Position numbers and translations under genes: made by a program | Virus record (IMG/VR): IMGVR_UViG_3300027733_000056 | Location: 698 to 64,697 of that record | Length of the DNA: 64,000 nucleotides | Reading direction: 5' to 3' (one strand) | Source of the DNA: a virus | Lineage: Duplodnaviria > Caudoviricetes | The notes under the pieces: model-generated | The model's database searches: none | Seen by the model: only the letters and a program-made list of their open reading frames with translations | Told to the model about the DNA's origin: nothing | Shown: piece after piece, positions 27,119-35,129 of the stretch | Numbering within the stretch: the stretch's first letter is position 1 | Layout: the number at the start of each line of letters is the position of its first letter

Positions 27119-27881
27119 CTTCTAACTCCAAAAATGGTTTCATTTCTTCGCCTTGTGTCCGTCCGGTCATCGCTTCCCATCTTGCACGTTTGAAATCGTA
27201 GTCCTTCTCAGCAAAGGATTTCTGCTCTCCTTTGTCTTTCAGCCAATCGGCCTTAAAGCCTGTCCAGCCCCTTGCACAGCACGTTTCCAAGGCTGACTGT
27301 AGGCTTACCCCTGCTTTGCGTGCTTCGCGCTCTATTCCGTCAATGGCGGTCTGGGTGACTGCTGCTCGTTTGGCTTTACGCAAACTTATCCAATCTTGCC
27401 AAACAGAATCCGTCACGCCGCTAGGCGGGGCGACTGTATTCTTCTTTGTAGTTGTAGATATAGATGAAGGTGAAGGTGAAGGTGAAGAGCTATCTGTCAA
27501 GCATTGCTCAAGCATTGCTCCAACTATGCTCGGACTATCCTTTTTACCCCATCTAGCCTGTGCGCCAGCCTTGCCACGCTCTATGTTGGCTTTTTTGTTG
27601 TGGTTGGCCTTTTCCATTTCAGACTCAACCCTGTTTTGAATCCACTGCTTTTCTGATACTTCAAAGAATGGCTCAAGCATAGTCCGAGCATTACTCCAAG
27701 CATCTGGCGATAACTTGGTGATCTGCGCTAAAACTGCATCATTGTTTGGGGGAGCGCCGTTTTTCCAGTAGTCCATCAGCAGCAGTAGGTAAGCCCCATG
27801 CTGCTCTGTAGTCAATCGGGAAGTAGCGGAAAGATAGTCTGCCACGTATAGCGGCATCCAAATATCGACTTTATTAGCCAT
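27102..27881 (-). CDS. Replication initiator, DUF1376/YdaU family
   Basis: WMPLYVADYL..T.RLT.EQHGAY.LLL..YW signature. Confidence 0.88.
   Translation of the reverse strand: MANKVDIWMPLYVADYLSATSRLTTEQHGAYLLLLMDYWKNGAPPNNDAVLAQITKLSPDAWSNARTMLEPFFEVSEKQWIQNRVESEMEKANHNKKANIERGKAGAQARWGKKDSPSIVGAMLEQCLTDSSSPSPSPSSISTTTKKNTVAPPSGVTDSVWQDWISLRKAKRAAVTQTAIDGIEREARKAGVSLQSALETCCARGWTGFKADWLKDKGEQKSFAEKDYDFKRARWEAMTGRTQGEEMKPFLELEDDTTN
27497..27703. repeat. Iteron-like repeats inside initiator gene (putative origin)
   Basis: 11-bp period TCAAGCATTGC x2 plus two degenerate copies (27497-27540); 13-bp inverted pair at 27526-27538 and 27679-27691. Confidence 0.7.
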
Positions 27882-27974
27882 TTCAACCTCACATCGTCGG
27901 TTCGCATCACTGAAAAGAAGCATCGGCAGGACGGTGATGAATCGTCTTTTCCCCCGCTAAAGGTAGCCGTGCCC
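27882..27974 (-). ncRNA. Candidate structured leader RNA upstream of the initiator
   Basis: Three-way junction and loop-to-downstream complementarity, folded by eye. Confidence 0.5.
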
Positions 27975-27979
27975 TAACT

Positions 27980-28159
27980 TTACCCCAATTTTTCCGCTTC
28001 GGCAATTTGTTTTACAAACTTGTAGCGCAGCACTTGCTTCCAGCCCTTGGGCACACCACGCTGCCGCCAGTTGCTAACCACGTTCTGTTTTACGTCCAGG
28101 ATGTAGGCCAGGCGACCCGTGCCGCCTGCTGCCTTGATTGCGATTTCTAAGATGTCCAT
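27980..28159 (-). CDS. Cro/YdaS-like HTH regulator (MDILEIAIKAAGGTGRLAYILDVKQNVVSNWRQRGVP...); not in ORF track
   Basis: Manual translation; AI..AGG...LA..L.V....VSNW..RG.P signature. Confidence 0.85.
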   Translation of the reverse strand: MDILEIAIKAAGGTGRLAYILDVKQNVVSNWRQRGVPKGWKQVLRYKFVKQIAEAEKLG

Positions 28160-28167
28160 CCCATAGA

Positions 28168-28279
28168 ATTATACACGATTGTGTAGTCATTGCTCATTGT
28201 AAAAAACTATCAAAAACGCAAAACCCATAAATTTATATTTTTAAAAGACTTATAAAATTACACAAATGTGATTTATAAT
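28168..28279. promoter_or_regulatory. Divergent early promoters with operator-like TACAC-N4-GTG(TA/AT)
   Basis: Palindrome 28172-28185 overlaps minus-strand TATAAT; second site 28259-28272 sits next to plus-strand TATAAT 28274-28279. Confidence 0.7.
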
Positions 28280-28325
28280 TTAGCCATGCCCTGAATCCCT
28301 TGGGGTCTTTTAAGAAAGAAAGAAG

Positions 28326-28598
28326 ATGAAAGAGAAAAAAATTACCAGACAAGAACTTGCGTCGGGTATGCTGATTGCATTAACCAGCCATACAGATGCA
28401 ACGGTTTACATCCTTGGTAATCAACATGAAGATACGGGTTTTGTGTGGCAGCTTATGCGCCATGAGCGCGGGATGATTACAAGCTGCGGATGGGCTGATT
28501 ACTCTAGTTTTTTGCATCCTACCAAAGAGCAATTGAACAGCATTTACAACGCTCCCATGATTGCTCGCTATCAAGCAACATTGACTGAAACCATCTAA
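28326..28598 (+). CDS. Hypothetical early protein
   Basis: First ORF after promoter. Confidence 0.7.
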   Translation: MKEKKITRQELASGMLIALTSHTDATVYILGNQHEDTGFVWQLMRHERGMITSCGWADYSSFLHPTKEQLNSIYNAPMIARYQATLTETI

Positions 28599-28659
28599 CC
28601 AACCACGGGGGCTTTGTCCCCCATTTTTTCCCTAACGGGTCTTTTAAAAGGAAATCAAA

Positions 28660-29619
28660 ATGGCACATTTAATTGAAACTACAAACGGCAAAGCAGAAAT
28701 TGCTTATGCAGGACAGACACCTTGGCATGGGCTTGGTCAGCAGCTTACAGCAGATGCATCTATCGATGTATGGCGCAAAGAGGCGGGGCTGGATTGGGAG
28801 GCAAAATTAGCACCTATCATGTTTACCTGTGACGGGCAAAACTACAATGAAATGCCTAATCAAAACGTTATCTATCGCAGTGACACAAATACAGCTTTAG
28901 GTGTAGTGACAGACCGATACAAAGTGCATCAACCTGCTGAAGTGTTGGACTTCTTTAATACACTTGTACAAAGTGCTGGATTCACATTAGAAGTTGCTGG
29001 TGCAATCAAAGGAGGCAAGCGAATTTGGGCATTGGCAAATGTCAATCGGGAAGCAGTTGTTCTACAAGATGATGCTGTGCGAGGGTACTTGCTACTCAGC
29101 ACTTCATTTGATGGGTCGGCGGCAACTGTAGGACAGTTCACAAGCATTCGAGTTGTATGCAATAACACACTATCAGCAGCAGACCGTGAAAATGCATTAA
29201 GCAGGGTAAACCTTACCCATGGTGCAAAGTTTGATGCAAGCATCATGCGCGACAAACTTGGTTTGATTGTTGGCGGGTTTGATGGGATTATGGACAACTA
29301 TCGTCGCCTAGCCCGTCAAGGTGTAAGCAGCGAATACGCCAAGCAATTCACTAATGAGCTTTACCCTGCTGCATACAACCAGCAGACCAATACATTTAAA
29401 GAATCACGGGGCTTTAAACGTGTAATGGAATTGTTTGATGGTGCTGGAATGGGCGCTAACAATTCTGGCGTGTATGGCACTAAATGGGGATTGCTCAATG
29501 CTGTAACGCAATACATTGACCATGAGCGTGGACACAACGTAGATACGCGAATGAACAATGCTTGGTTCGGCAATGGTGACCGCATGAAAACCCAAGCCGA
29601 GTCACTCTTACTTGCTTAA
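28660..29619 (+). CDS. DUF932 / TIGR03299-type phage-plasmid protein
   Basis: PWHGLG, AGLDW, GG..IWALA, S.DGS, RVVCNNTL and GT.WG..NAVT.Y.DH motifs. Confidence 0.9.
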   Translation: MAHLIETTNGKAEIAYAGQTPWHGLGQQLTADASIDVWRKEAGLDWEAKLAPIMFTCDGQNYNEMPNQNVIYRSDTNTALGVVTDRYKVHQPAEVLDFFNTLVQSAGFTLEVAGAIKGGKRIWALANVNREAVVLQDDAVRGYLLLSTSFDGSAATVGQFTSIRVVCNNTLSAADRENALSRVNLTHGAKFDASIMRDKLGLIVGGFDGIMDNYRRLARQGVSSEYAKQFTNELYPAAYNQQTNTFKESRGFKRVMELFDGAGMGANNSGVYGTKWGLLNAVTQYIDHERGHNVDTRMNNAWFGNGDRMKTQAESLLLA

Positions 29620-29705
29620 ACAAAACGGGGGCTTAGCCCCCATTTAAAAAAGCTATCGGCAACACAAACATGATAAATTTATTTATTAAAAAAAGATTGC
29701 ACAGC

Positions 29706-29760
29706 TACACAAATGTGATTTATAATTCAACCATGCCCTGAACTTCTTGGGGTCTTTTTA
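29706..29760 (+). promoter_or_regulatory. Second copy of the early promoter/operator/leader
   Basis: TACACAAATGTGATTTATAATT...CCATGCCCTGAA...TTGGGGTCTTTT nearly identical to 28259-28312. Confidence 0.8.
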
Positions 29761-29769
29761 GGAAACAAA

Positions 29770-29919
29770 ATGAGCAAAAGTGAAATTTATAAAGTTCGCA
29801 GCCAAACTCATGGAGCATTGGCAAATGCAGACAAAAACAAAACTCCGTACAGCCCGCTGATTCGTATGGAGTGGAAAAAGTACGGTTACATACCAGTTTC
29901 AGCAAGGCACTTAATTTAA
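29770..29919 (+). CDS. 49-aa hypothetical protein; not in ORF track
   Basis: Manual translation MSKSEIYK...; AGGA RBS. Confidence 0.6.
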   Translation: MSKSEIYKVRSQTHGALANADKNKTPYSPLIRMEWKKYGYIPVSARHLI

Positions 29920-29974
29920 ACCACAACGGGGCTTTGGCCCCATTAATCCCTAACGGGTCTTTTAAGGAGTAAAC

Positions 29975-30187
29975 ATGAGAGACATACACATTTTGTTAGC
30001 TGAATTCCGCGAAGCACTATTGCGCGGCTTTATCCCCCCCCTTGAAATTGCAAAGTTATTAAACGACATGAACTGGTCATTGACTAAAAACTTCCCTGAC
30101 ATTCACAACGGCCTGTCCGACAACCTGGACGATGTGAGCGACAACCTTTGGACATCAATTCAACAATTTGGAGAGCATGATGAATAA
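29975..30187 (+). CDS. Hypothetical protein
   Basis: AAGGAG RBS. Confidence 0.7.
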   Translation: MRDIHILLAEFREALLRGFIPPLEIAKLLNDMNWSLTKNFPDIHNGLSDNLDDVSDNLWTSIQQFGEHDE

Positions 30188-30266
30188 AAAATTAGCAGAC
30201 ATTTCGCTTGCCGTGTTTATCGGCATATCTTTGGCTTGGGTTTTAGTTTACGGATGGTCACTATGA
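30180..30266 (+). CDS. 28-aa single-TM peptide (MNKKLADISLAVFIGISLAWVLVYGWSL)
   Basis: Bridges neighbours with overlapping start and stop codons. Confidence 0.55.
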   Translation: MNKKLADISLAVFIGISLAWVLVYGWSL

Positions 30267-30835
30267 AAAACATTGCATCAGCATTAGTCAAGGCCCAGCG
30301 CGGCTTTGCACCGGCGTTAAAAACGTCTACAAACCCGCATTTCCGCAGCAAATACGTTGACCTTGCCGGTTGCGTGGAGGCGGTTGTAGATAGCTTAAAC
30401 GCCGCAGGGATAGCCCTTATACAGCGCACTAGCCAGGACGATACAGGCGTGACCGTGGAAACGGTCTTTGTCCACGAATCAGGCGAGATGCTGGAGTGCG
30501 GCAAGCTGCACGTTCCCGCTAGTAAACAAGACCCGCAGGGTTACGGCTCTGCGCTAACTTACGCTAGACGCTATTCTTTGATGGCGGCTTGTGGCATAGC
30601 GCCGGAGGATGATGACGGTAATGCAGCATCACGCAAACGTGAAATTGTTGAAAAGTCAGAACCAAACGTAAAGTTTATTGAAGAACAATTAAAGGTCATG
30701 GCTAATTGTGCAACCGTAGACGAATTGAAACTTGCTTACAACGGCGCTTACGCTTGCTGTGATGGTGACCAGGCGTGGCAAGCCAAAGTTATTACCGCTA
30801 AAAACAAACGCTACAAGGAGATTACAAATGCTTGA
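30263..30835 (+). CDS. erf: ERF-family single-strand annealing protein
   Basis: NPHF.SKY.DL, H.SGE and Q..GSA.TYARRYSL....GIA.EDDDG motifs. Confidence 0.92.
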   Translation: MKNIASALVKAQRGFAPALKTSTNPHFRSKYVDLAGCVEAVVDSLNAAGIALIQRTSQDDTGVTVETVFVHESGEMLECGKLHVPASKQDPQGYGSALTYARRYSLMAACGIAPEDDDGNAASRKREIVEKSEPNVKFIEEQLKVMANCATVDELKLAYNGAYACCDGDQAWQAKVITAKNKRYKEITNA

Positions 30836-31478
30836 TTTACCTAACGCATGGCCTGGCCTTATGGAACAAGGGACAGACGCATGGTTTACCGCCCGCATAG
30901 GCAAGGTAACCGCCAGCAGGGTTGCCGACCTAATGGCTAAGACCAAGACCGGCTATTCGGCATCACGCGACAACTACATGGCGCAATTGGTCTGTGAAAA
31001 CCTGACCAAAACAAAAGCGGAAGGATTTACCAACGCCGCTATGGAATGGGGTACTGAGCAAGAACCATTCGCTAGAGCAGCGTATGAAGCCAAAACCGGC
31101 GTGATGGTTGAGGAAGTGGGGTTTGTGCCCCACCCGCTAATTGAGTGGGCTGGAGCCTCGCCTGATGGCCTTGTCGGGCCTGATGGCCTAGTGGAAATCA
31201 AATGCCCAAACACGGCGACCATGATTGACACGTTATTAACCGGCAAAGTGCCTGGCAAGTACAACATACAAATGCAATTCCAAATGGCTTGCACGGGCCG
31301 CCATTGGTGCGACTATGTTGTGTTTGACCCCAGGATGCCAGCTAAAGCGCAACTATTTGTTAAACGGGTTTCCCGTGATGATGCTTTTATTCAAGAAATG
31401 GAATCGGAAATTGTCAATTTTTTATCCGAAGTAAACGTTCAAATTCAACAACTTAACTCAATCATTGAAGGTAATTAA
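30828..31478 (+). CDS. YqaJ / lambda-type exonuclease
   Basis: QGT..W...R.G..TAS, ASPDGL, EIKCP and Q.Q.QM motifs. Confidence 0.92.
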   Translation: MLDLPNAWPGLMEQGTDAWFTARIGKVTASRVADLMAKTKTGYSASRDNYMAQLVCENLTKTKAEGFTNAAMEWGTEQEPFARAAYEAKTGVMVEEVGFVPHPLIEWAGASPDGLVGPDGLVEIKCPNTATMIDTLLTGKVPGKYNIQMQFQMACTGRHWCDYVVFDPRMPAKAQLFVKRVSRDDAFIQEMESEIVNFLSEVNVQIQQLNSIIEGN

Positions 31479-31480
31479 TC

Positions 31481-31717
31481 ATGTCCAAAATCAAAAAAGA
31501 AATTTCTGTAATTAGCGGCAAATACACAAATGCCCAAGGAGTAGCCAAAAACCGTTACGCCCGCATTGGGTCAATCATTGAAACCAAGTCCGGCGATATG
31601 CTAAAAATTGACAACGTGCCATTAGTCGCTGGCGGCTGGGACGGATGGGCTTACATCAATGAGCCACGACCAAAGGATGATGGATTTCCTAAAGATGATG
31701 ATTCCGTACCCTTTTAA
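31481..31717 (+). CDS. Small ssDNA-binding-like protein
   Basis: Acidic DDDSVPF tail; follows recombination pair. Confidence 0.6.
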   Translation: MSKIKKEISVISGKYTNAQGVAKNRYARIGSIIETKSGDMLKIDNVPLVAGGWDGWAYINEPRPKDDGFPKDDDSVPF

Positions 31718-31726
31718 GGAAAAATC

Positions 31727-32008
31727 ATGGAACATTATCGCGCTAGAAACCTTGACCCGATAACGAGCTGGCAAGCGGCTGACCAAGCAAAAGACCTTGC
31801 CAAAGCCCATGCCGCTTTAATACTTAAAACTTTGCAGGAGCAAGGCCCGTTAGGTAAAGACGGGATTGCTTTCTTTGCGGTGCTTGATGGCAATCAGGTA
31901 GCCAGGCGCTTGCCCGAAATGGAGCGTGAAGGTTTAGTTGGGTTGACAGGTAAGACCGTAAAGTCCATGGCTAAACGTGCGGAAAGGGAGTGGTATGCGA
32001 TTTCTTAA
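31727..32008 (+). CDS. Winged-helix DNA-binding protein
   Basis: AR..DP.TS..AA and RRL.E motifs. Confidence 0.7.
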   Translation: MEHYRARNLDPITSWQAADQAKDLAKAHAALILKTLQEQGPLGKDGIAFFAVLDGNQVARRLPEMEREGLVGLTGKTVKSMAKRAEREWYAIS

Positions 32009-32186
32009 ATTTTTAAAGGATTATTACCGAGAGTTAACGCCAGCCGAAGTAATCCAACGTGAGCTTGCGTGCGCCCATTTAGACCGCCTTGAGGCAGAGG
32101 CCGCAGTCGAGTACGCTGCGGCAGTGCTCGACATGAATATGAACCGCATTGAGCGTTTGAATACACGTTTAGGAGAGTACAAATGA
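31995..32186 (+). CDS. Coiled-coil hypothetical protein
   Basis: Coupled ORF. Confidence 0.65.
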   Translation: MRFLKFLKDYYRELTPAEVIQRELACAHLDRLEAEAAVEYAAAVLDMNMNRIERLNTRLGEYK

Positions 32187-32413
32187 AAGACAACGTAGAG
32201 ATAGCAAAAGAGTACACCGACTGGATGGTCAAGACAGGCGGCTTTGCGCGGGATATGACCATGCGGGATTATTACGCAGGGTTAGCTATGCAAGCACAAT
32301 TATCTATGCCGGAAATTAGTTTAGTTATAAGCCAAGGGGATATAACAGTAAAAAAAGTTTGCGGAAGTTGTTATGAATGGGCGGACATAATGCTCAAGGA
32401 GAGAACAAAATGA
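32183..32413 (+). CDS. Small phage protein (MTxRDYxA..AMQ...AD.ML.ER family)
   Basis: Motif; ATGA coupling. Confidence 0.7.
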   Translation: MKDNVEIAKEYTDWMVKTGGFARDMTMRDYYAGLAMQAQLSMPEISLVISQGDITVKKVCGSCYEWADIMLKERTK

Positions 32414-32631
32414 CTAACTGTTGCGATGCAAATGGCAACTGCACCCAAGGCAAAGACTGCGCTATAAGAAAGCAGCACAGGGAAGCCACTAATCAGGCTT
32501 ACATTAACCACGGCAGGACTACTAACACTGACCCATATTCCGACACTATTGGCACTGTCAAGGCGCTTATGTCTGTGCTGGTTGTGTGCGTTGCTGTGAC
32601 GCTGATGGCTTACTTTATTTGGGGGAAGTGA
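32410..32631 (+). CDS. Cys-motif protein with C-terminal TM (CC...C.QG.DC)
   Basis: Translation. Confidence 0.7.
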   Translation: MTNCCDANGNCTQGKDCAIRKQHREATNQAYINHGRTTNTDPYSDTIGTVKALMSVLVVCVAVTLMAYFIWGK

Positions 32632-32846
32632 TGGCAGGCTACGAATCAAAGAAAGCAGCAGCGCGGGACAAGCTGGACGATGACGATATTCAAGTCTACA
32701 AGCGCCCGTGGGTAGACCTGACGGACAGTCAGATTGAAAAGATTTACTACGACCTTGCAAAAATCCATCGTGGTGCGCCTATGCCGTGGGGTCAAATTCA
32801 ATTTGGCAAGGTATTGCAAGCCGCTATTAAGGAGAAGAACACATGA
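32631..32846 (+). CDS. WxxLT...KEKN module protein 1
   Basis: WVDLTD...AAIKEKNT. Confidence 0.7.
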   Translation: MAGYESKKAAARDKLDDDDIQVYKRPWVDLTDSQIEKIYYDLAKIHRGAPMPWGQIQFGKVLQAAIKEKNT

Positions 32847-33076
32847 CACCGGAACAAGAAAAGATTTACGAAGATGGATTCATTGCAGGAATGCAAAAAC
32901 AAATGCAGTCCAGCGTAGACAAAGCGGTCAATAGGATGGCGCAGCGCACATGGGTAGGGCTAACCGACGATGATATAAAAGAAATCGTCGGGCCGTATGG
33001 GGACATGCCCATCAAGGGCTACACACGCAAACTGTTTGACCAAATTGAAGCCAAGCTGAAGGAGATGAACACATGA
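32843..33076 (+). CDS. WxxLT...KEKN module protein 2
   Basis: WVGLTD...IEAKLKEMNT. Confidence 0.7.
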   Translation: MTPEQEKIYEDGFIAGMQKQMQSSVDKAVNRMAQRTWVGLTDDDIKEIVGPYGDMPIKGYTRKLFDQIEAKLKEMNT

Positions 33077-33312
33077 CATGGGTATTTTTAACTGATTCAG
33101 AGCGAGACAAAATCTCCCACAAGGCAGGCCCGTACATTGTGAATAGCTACGAACCGCATGAAGCCGCAGTGCGGCAACGTAACCCCCGCGACAACTGGAA
33201 AGGGCTTACAGAAGAACAGCGCAGCGCAATTGCAATTGAAATACCAAAGCCGTTCTTTGTGAAAGAGGTGTTTGCTGCTATCGAAGCCAAACTCAAGGAG
33301 AAAAACGCATGA
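33073..33312 (+). CDS. WxxLT...KEKN module protein 3
   Basis: WVFLTD and WKGLTE...IEAKLKEKNA. Confidence 0.7.
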   Translation: MTWVFLTDSERDKISHKAGPYIVNSYEPHEAAVRQRNPRDNWKGLTEEQRSAIAIEIPKPFFVKEVFAAIEAKLKEKNA

Positions 33313-33536
33313 CTATCGCATGGTACGACCCCACTAACCACCACGTTAGTACGGACAAGAACGACCCCCTGTTTACACCGCTTGGTCAGTTGTGGCCTTT
33401 GGATGTAAAGCGTGAGTGGGTAGACCTGACTTTTGACGAGAAACAGCATGCGCTTTATATTAGTGATTGGAAGACTTCTTATATGGAAGCGGTCATTGAA
33501 TACATTGAAGCCAAACTCAAGAAGCGCAATGCATAA
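33309..33536 (+). CDS. WxxLT...KEKN module protein 4
   Basis: WVDLTF...[10 protein letters not shown]. Confidence 0.7.
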   Translation: MTIAWYDPTNHHVSTDKNDPLFTPLGQLWPLDVKREWVDLTFDEKQHALYISDWKTSYMEAVIEYIEAKLKKRNA

Positions 33537-33774
33537 ATCCAACCACCACGCTATACGGATGGCGCTACAAAAATATCCCGATGGGCTGACTGTAGCTGAA
33601 ATAGTTGAGCGCACCGAAAAAGAACGACAGGCAATAAACCGTGCGTTGCTTGACATGTCCGATGCCTACATCGACAGATGGATTTCCAACAGAGAACATA
33701 GAAAGCAATGGGCTGCGGTGTGGTGCGTAATAGTGCCTCCACAGAACTGCCCCAAACCCACGGAGAAGCCGTAG
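33529..33774 (+). CDS. Small wHTH-like protein (DGLT..EI...YIDRW...CPKP)
   Basis: Translation; homolog fragment at 1..122. Confidence 0.7.
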   Translation: MHKSNHHAIRMALQKYPDGLTVAEIVERTEKERQAINRALLDMSDAYIDRWISNREHRKQWAAVWCVIVPPQNCPKPTEKP

Positions 33775-33776
33775 TT

Positions 33777-34232
33777 ATGGCGACTGTTAAAAGATCGCGG
33801 TACGGGCGCGTGGAGAGTGGCAGGTACACACCTTATGGAGCTATGGCAGGAGTGAGTCTTGAGCTAAGAACCGCGTATTATTACTATGGGTGGGTACATG
33901 ATGCGGACATACCAGAGCTACCGCAAACCAAATGGAACCCTGATACACCTGTTACGCCGGACGAGGTGTTGGCAGAACAGCAAACCGTAGTTGAAATCAG
34001 AACCTTACTAGATGGTTTAACACCACGGCAAGCAAAGGTACTTCGGTTACGGTTTGGTTTTAATTGCCATGAATTTACCTTAGAAGAAGTAGGTAACATA
34101 TTTGATCTCAGTCGTGAACGCATTCGGCAGATTGAGAAAGCGGCCCTGCGTAAACTTCGTGTAGTAGTACCACCTGAGAACTGCCCCAAACCAAAGGACA
34201 CACATGACCGAGCACGAACAAAACCTACGTGA
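33777..34232 (+). CDS. Sigma-70 region-4-only protein
   Basis: [14 protein letters not shown]....[26 protein letters not shown] closely matches RpoD region 4. Confidence 0.85.
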   Translation: MATVKRSRYGRVESGRYTPYGAMAGVSLELRTAYYYYGWVHDADIPELPQTKWNPDTPVTPDEVLAEQQTVVEIRTLLDGLTPRQAKVLRLRFGFNCHEFTLEEVGNIFDLSRERIRQIEKAALRKLRVVVPPENCPKPKDTHDRARTKPT

Positions 34233-34401
34233 CCTAGCAGCGATGTTTGCTATGGCAGCGCTGCTAACGCGTAATAGCCCAAAGGAAGCGATTGTTTCCC
34301 TTGCGTTTGAAATGGCCGACATGTTTATGGAAGCACGTACCAGTACCCCCGAAGATGGCATAGCCGCAATCAAACCCAAACGAAGGAAAACAAATGAGTA
34401 A
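34204..34401 (+). CDS. Small phage protein ([10 protein letters not shown]...AD.FM.AR)
   Basis: AAGGA RBS; similar to 32183..32413. Confidence 0.7.
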   Translation: MTEHEQNLRDLAAMFAMAALLTRNSPKEAIVSLAFEMADMFMEARTSTPEDGIAAIKPKRRKTNE

Positions 34402-34573
34402 CAATAAAGACATCCCCAACTTCGCAGCTTGGTCAAACAAAAACCTAGCTGACTTCTGCACTGAGGCGTACATGCGTATGCAAGAGATGCAGGAGGAGAA
34501 CGAACACTTGAAGCTGGACGCCAAGGCCGCGCTGGAAGCGGCGCGTAGGGCAATGGTGGAGGGGAGCAAGTGA
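34394..34573 (+). CDS. 59-aa coiled-coil protein (PNFAAWS..NL..F); not in ORF track
   Basis: Manual translation; coupled to neighbours. Confidence 0.7.
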   Translation: MSNNKDIPNFAAWSNKNLADFCTEAYMRMQEMQEENEHLKLDAKAALEAARRAMVEGSK

Positions 34574-34881
34574 CGCCAGAGGGTCTTGTAAAAAAGACAA
34601 TCAAGGCGGTGCTGTCGCACCACAAGGTCTACTACACCATGCCCCTTGGGGCAGGTTTTGGAGTGGCCGGTGTGCCTGACTTCTTGTGCTGCGTCGATGG
34701 TGTGTTCCTAGCGGTGGAAGCCAAGGCAGGCAAGGGTAAGACCACAGCGCTGCAAGACCGGCAGCTTGCTGCAATACAAGCGGCGGGGGGCCACGCCTTG
34801 GTTATCCGCGAGACAAACATAAACGAACTAGAGGAGAAACTGATATGGATAACACAGAATTTAACCGCATTGCGCAGGTAG
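34570..34881 (+). CDS. VRR-NUC nuclease
   Basis: TPE..VK, GVPD, F.AVE.KAG and T.LQ motifs. Confidence 0.85.
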   Translation: MTPEGLVKKTIKAVLSHHKVYYTMPLGAGFGVAGVPDFLCCVDGVFLAVEAKAGKGKTTALQDRQLAAIQAAGGHALVIRETNINELEEKLIWITQNLTALRR

Positions 34882-35129
34882 TAGAGGAGTGCATTGAGGG
34901 CATGTCCGCTACGCGGGTAACCGCCATGCTGCAAATGTTTGAGCGCGTGGCCTTGGCGTTTGCTAAGCAAAACGGCGGCATGCTTACGCTGGAAGTGGTG
35001 GAGGATGGCGTGATGCTCTCTGCCATTGACCTTGACGAAGCCGAAGTTATGGAGATGGTCAGCATGCTAGCCATCAAGATGCACGGGGAGCTTATGGCAG
35101 GCGCACCCGCCAAGGAGATGTTCAATTGA
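34845..35129 (+). CDS. Hypothetical protein
   Basis: AGGAG RBS; coupled to polymerase. Confidence 0.65.
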   Translation: MDNTEFNRIAQVVEECIEGMSATRVTAMLQMFERVALAFAKQNGGMLTLEVVEDGVMLSAIDLDEAEVMEMVSMLAIKMHGELMAGAPAKEMFN

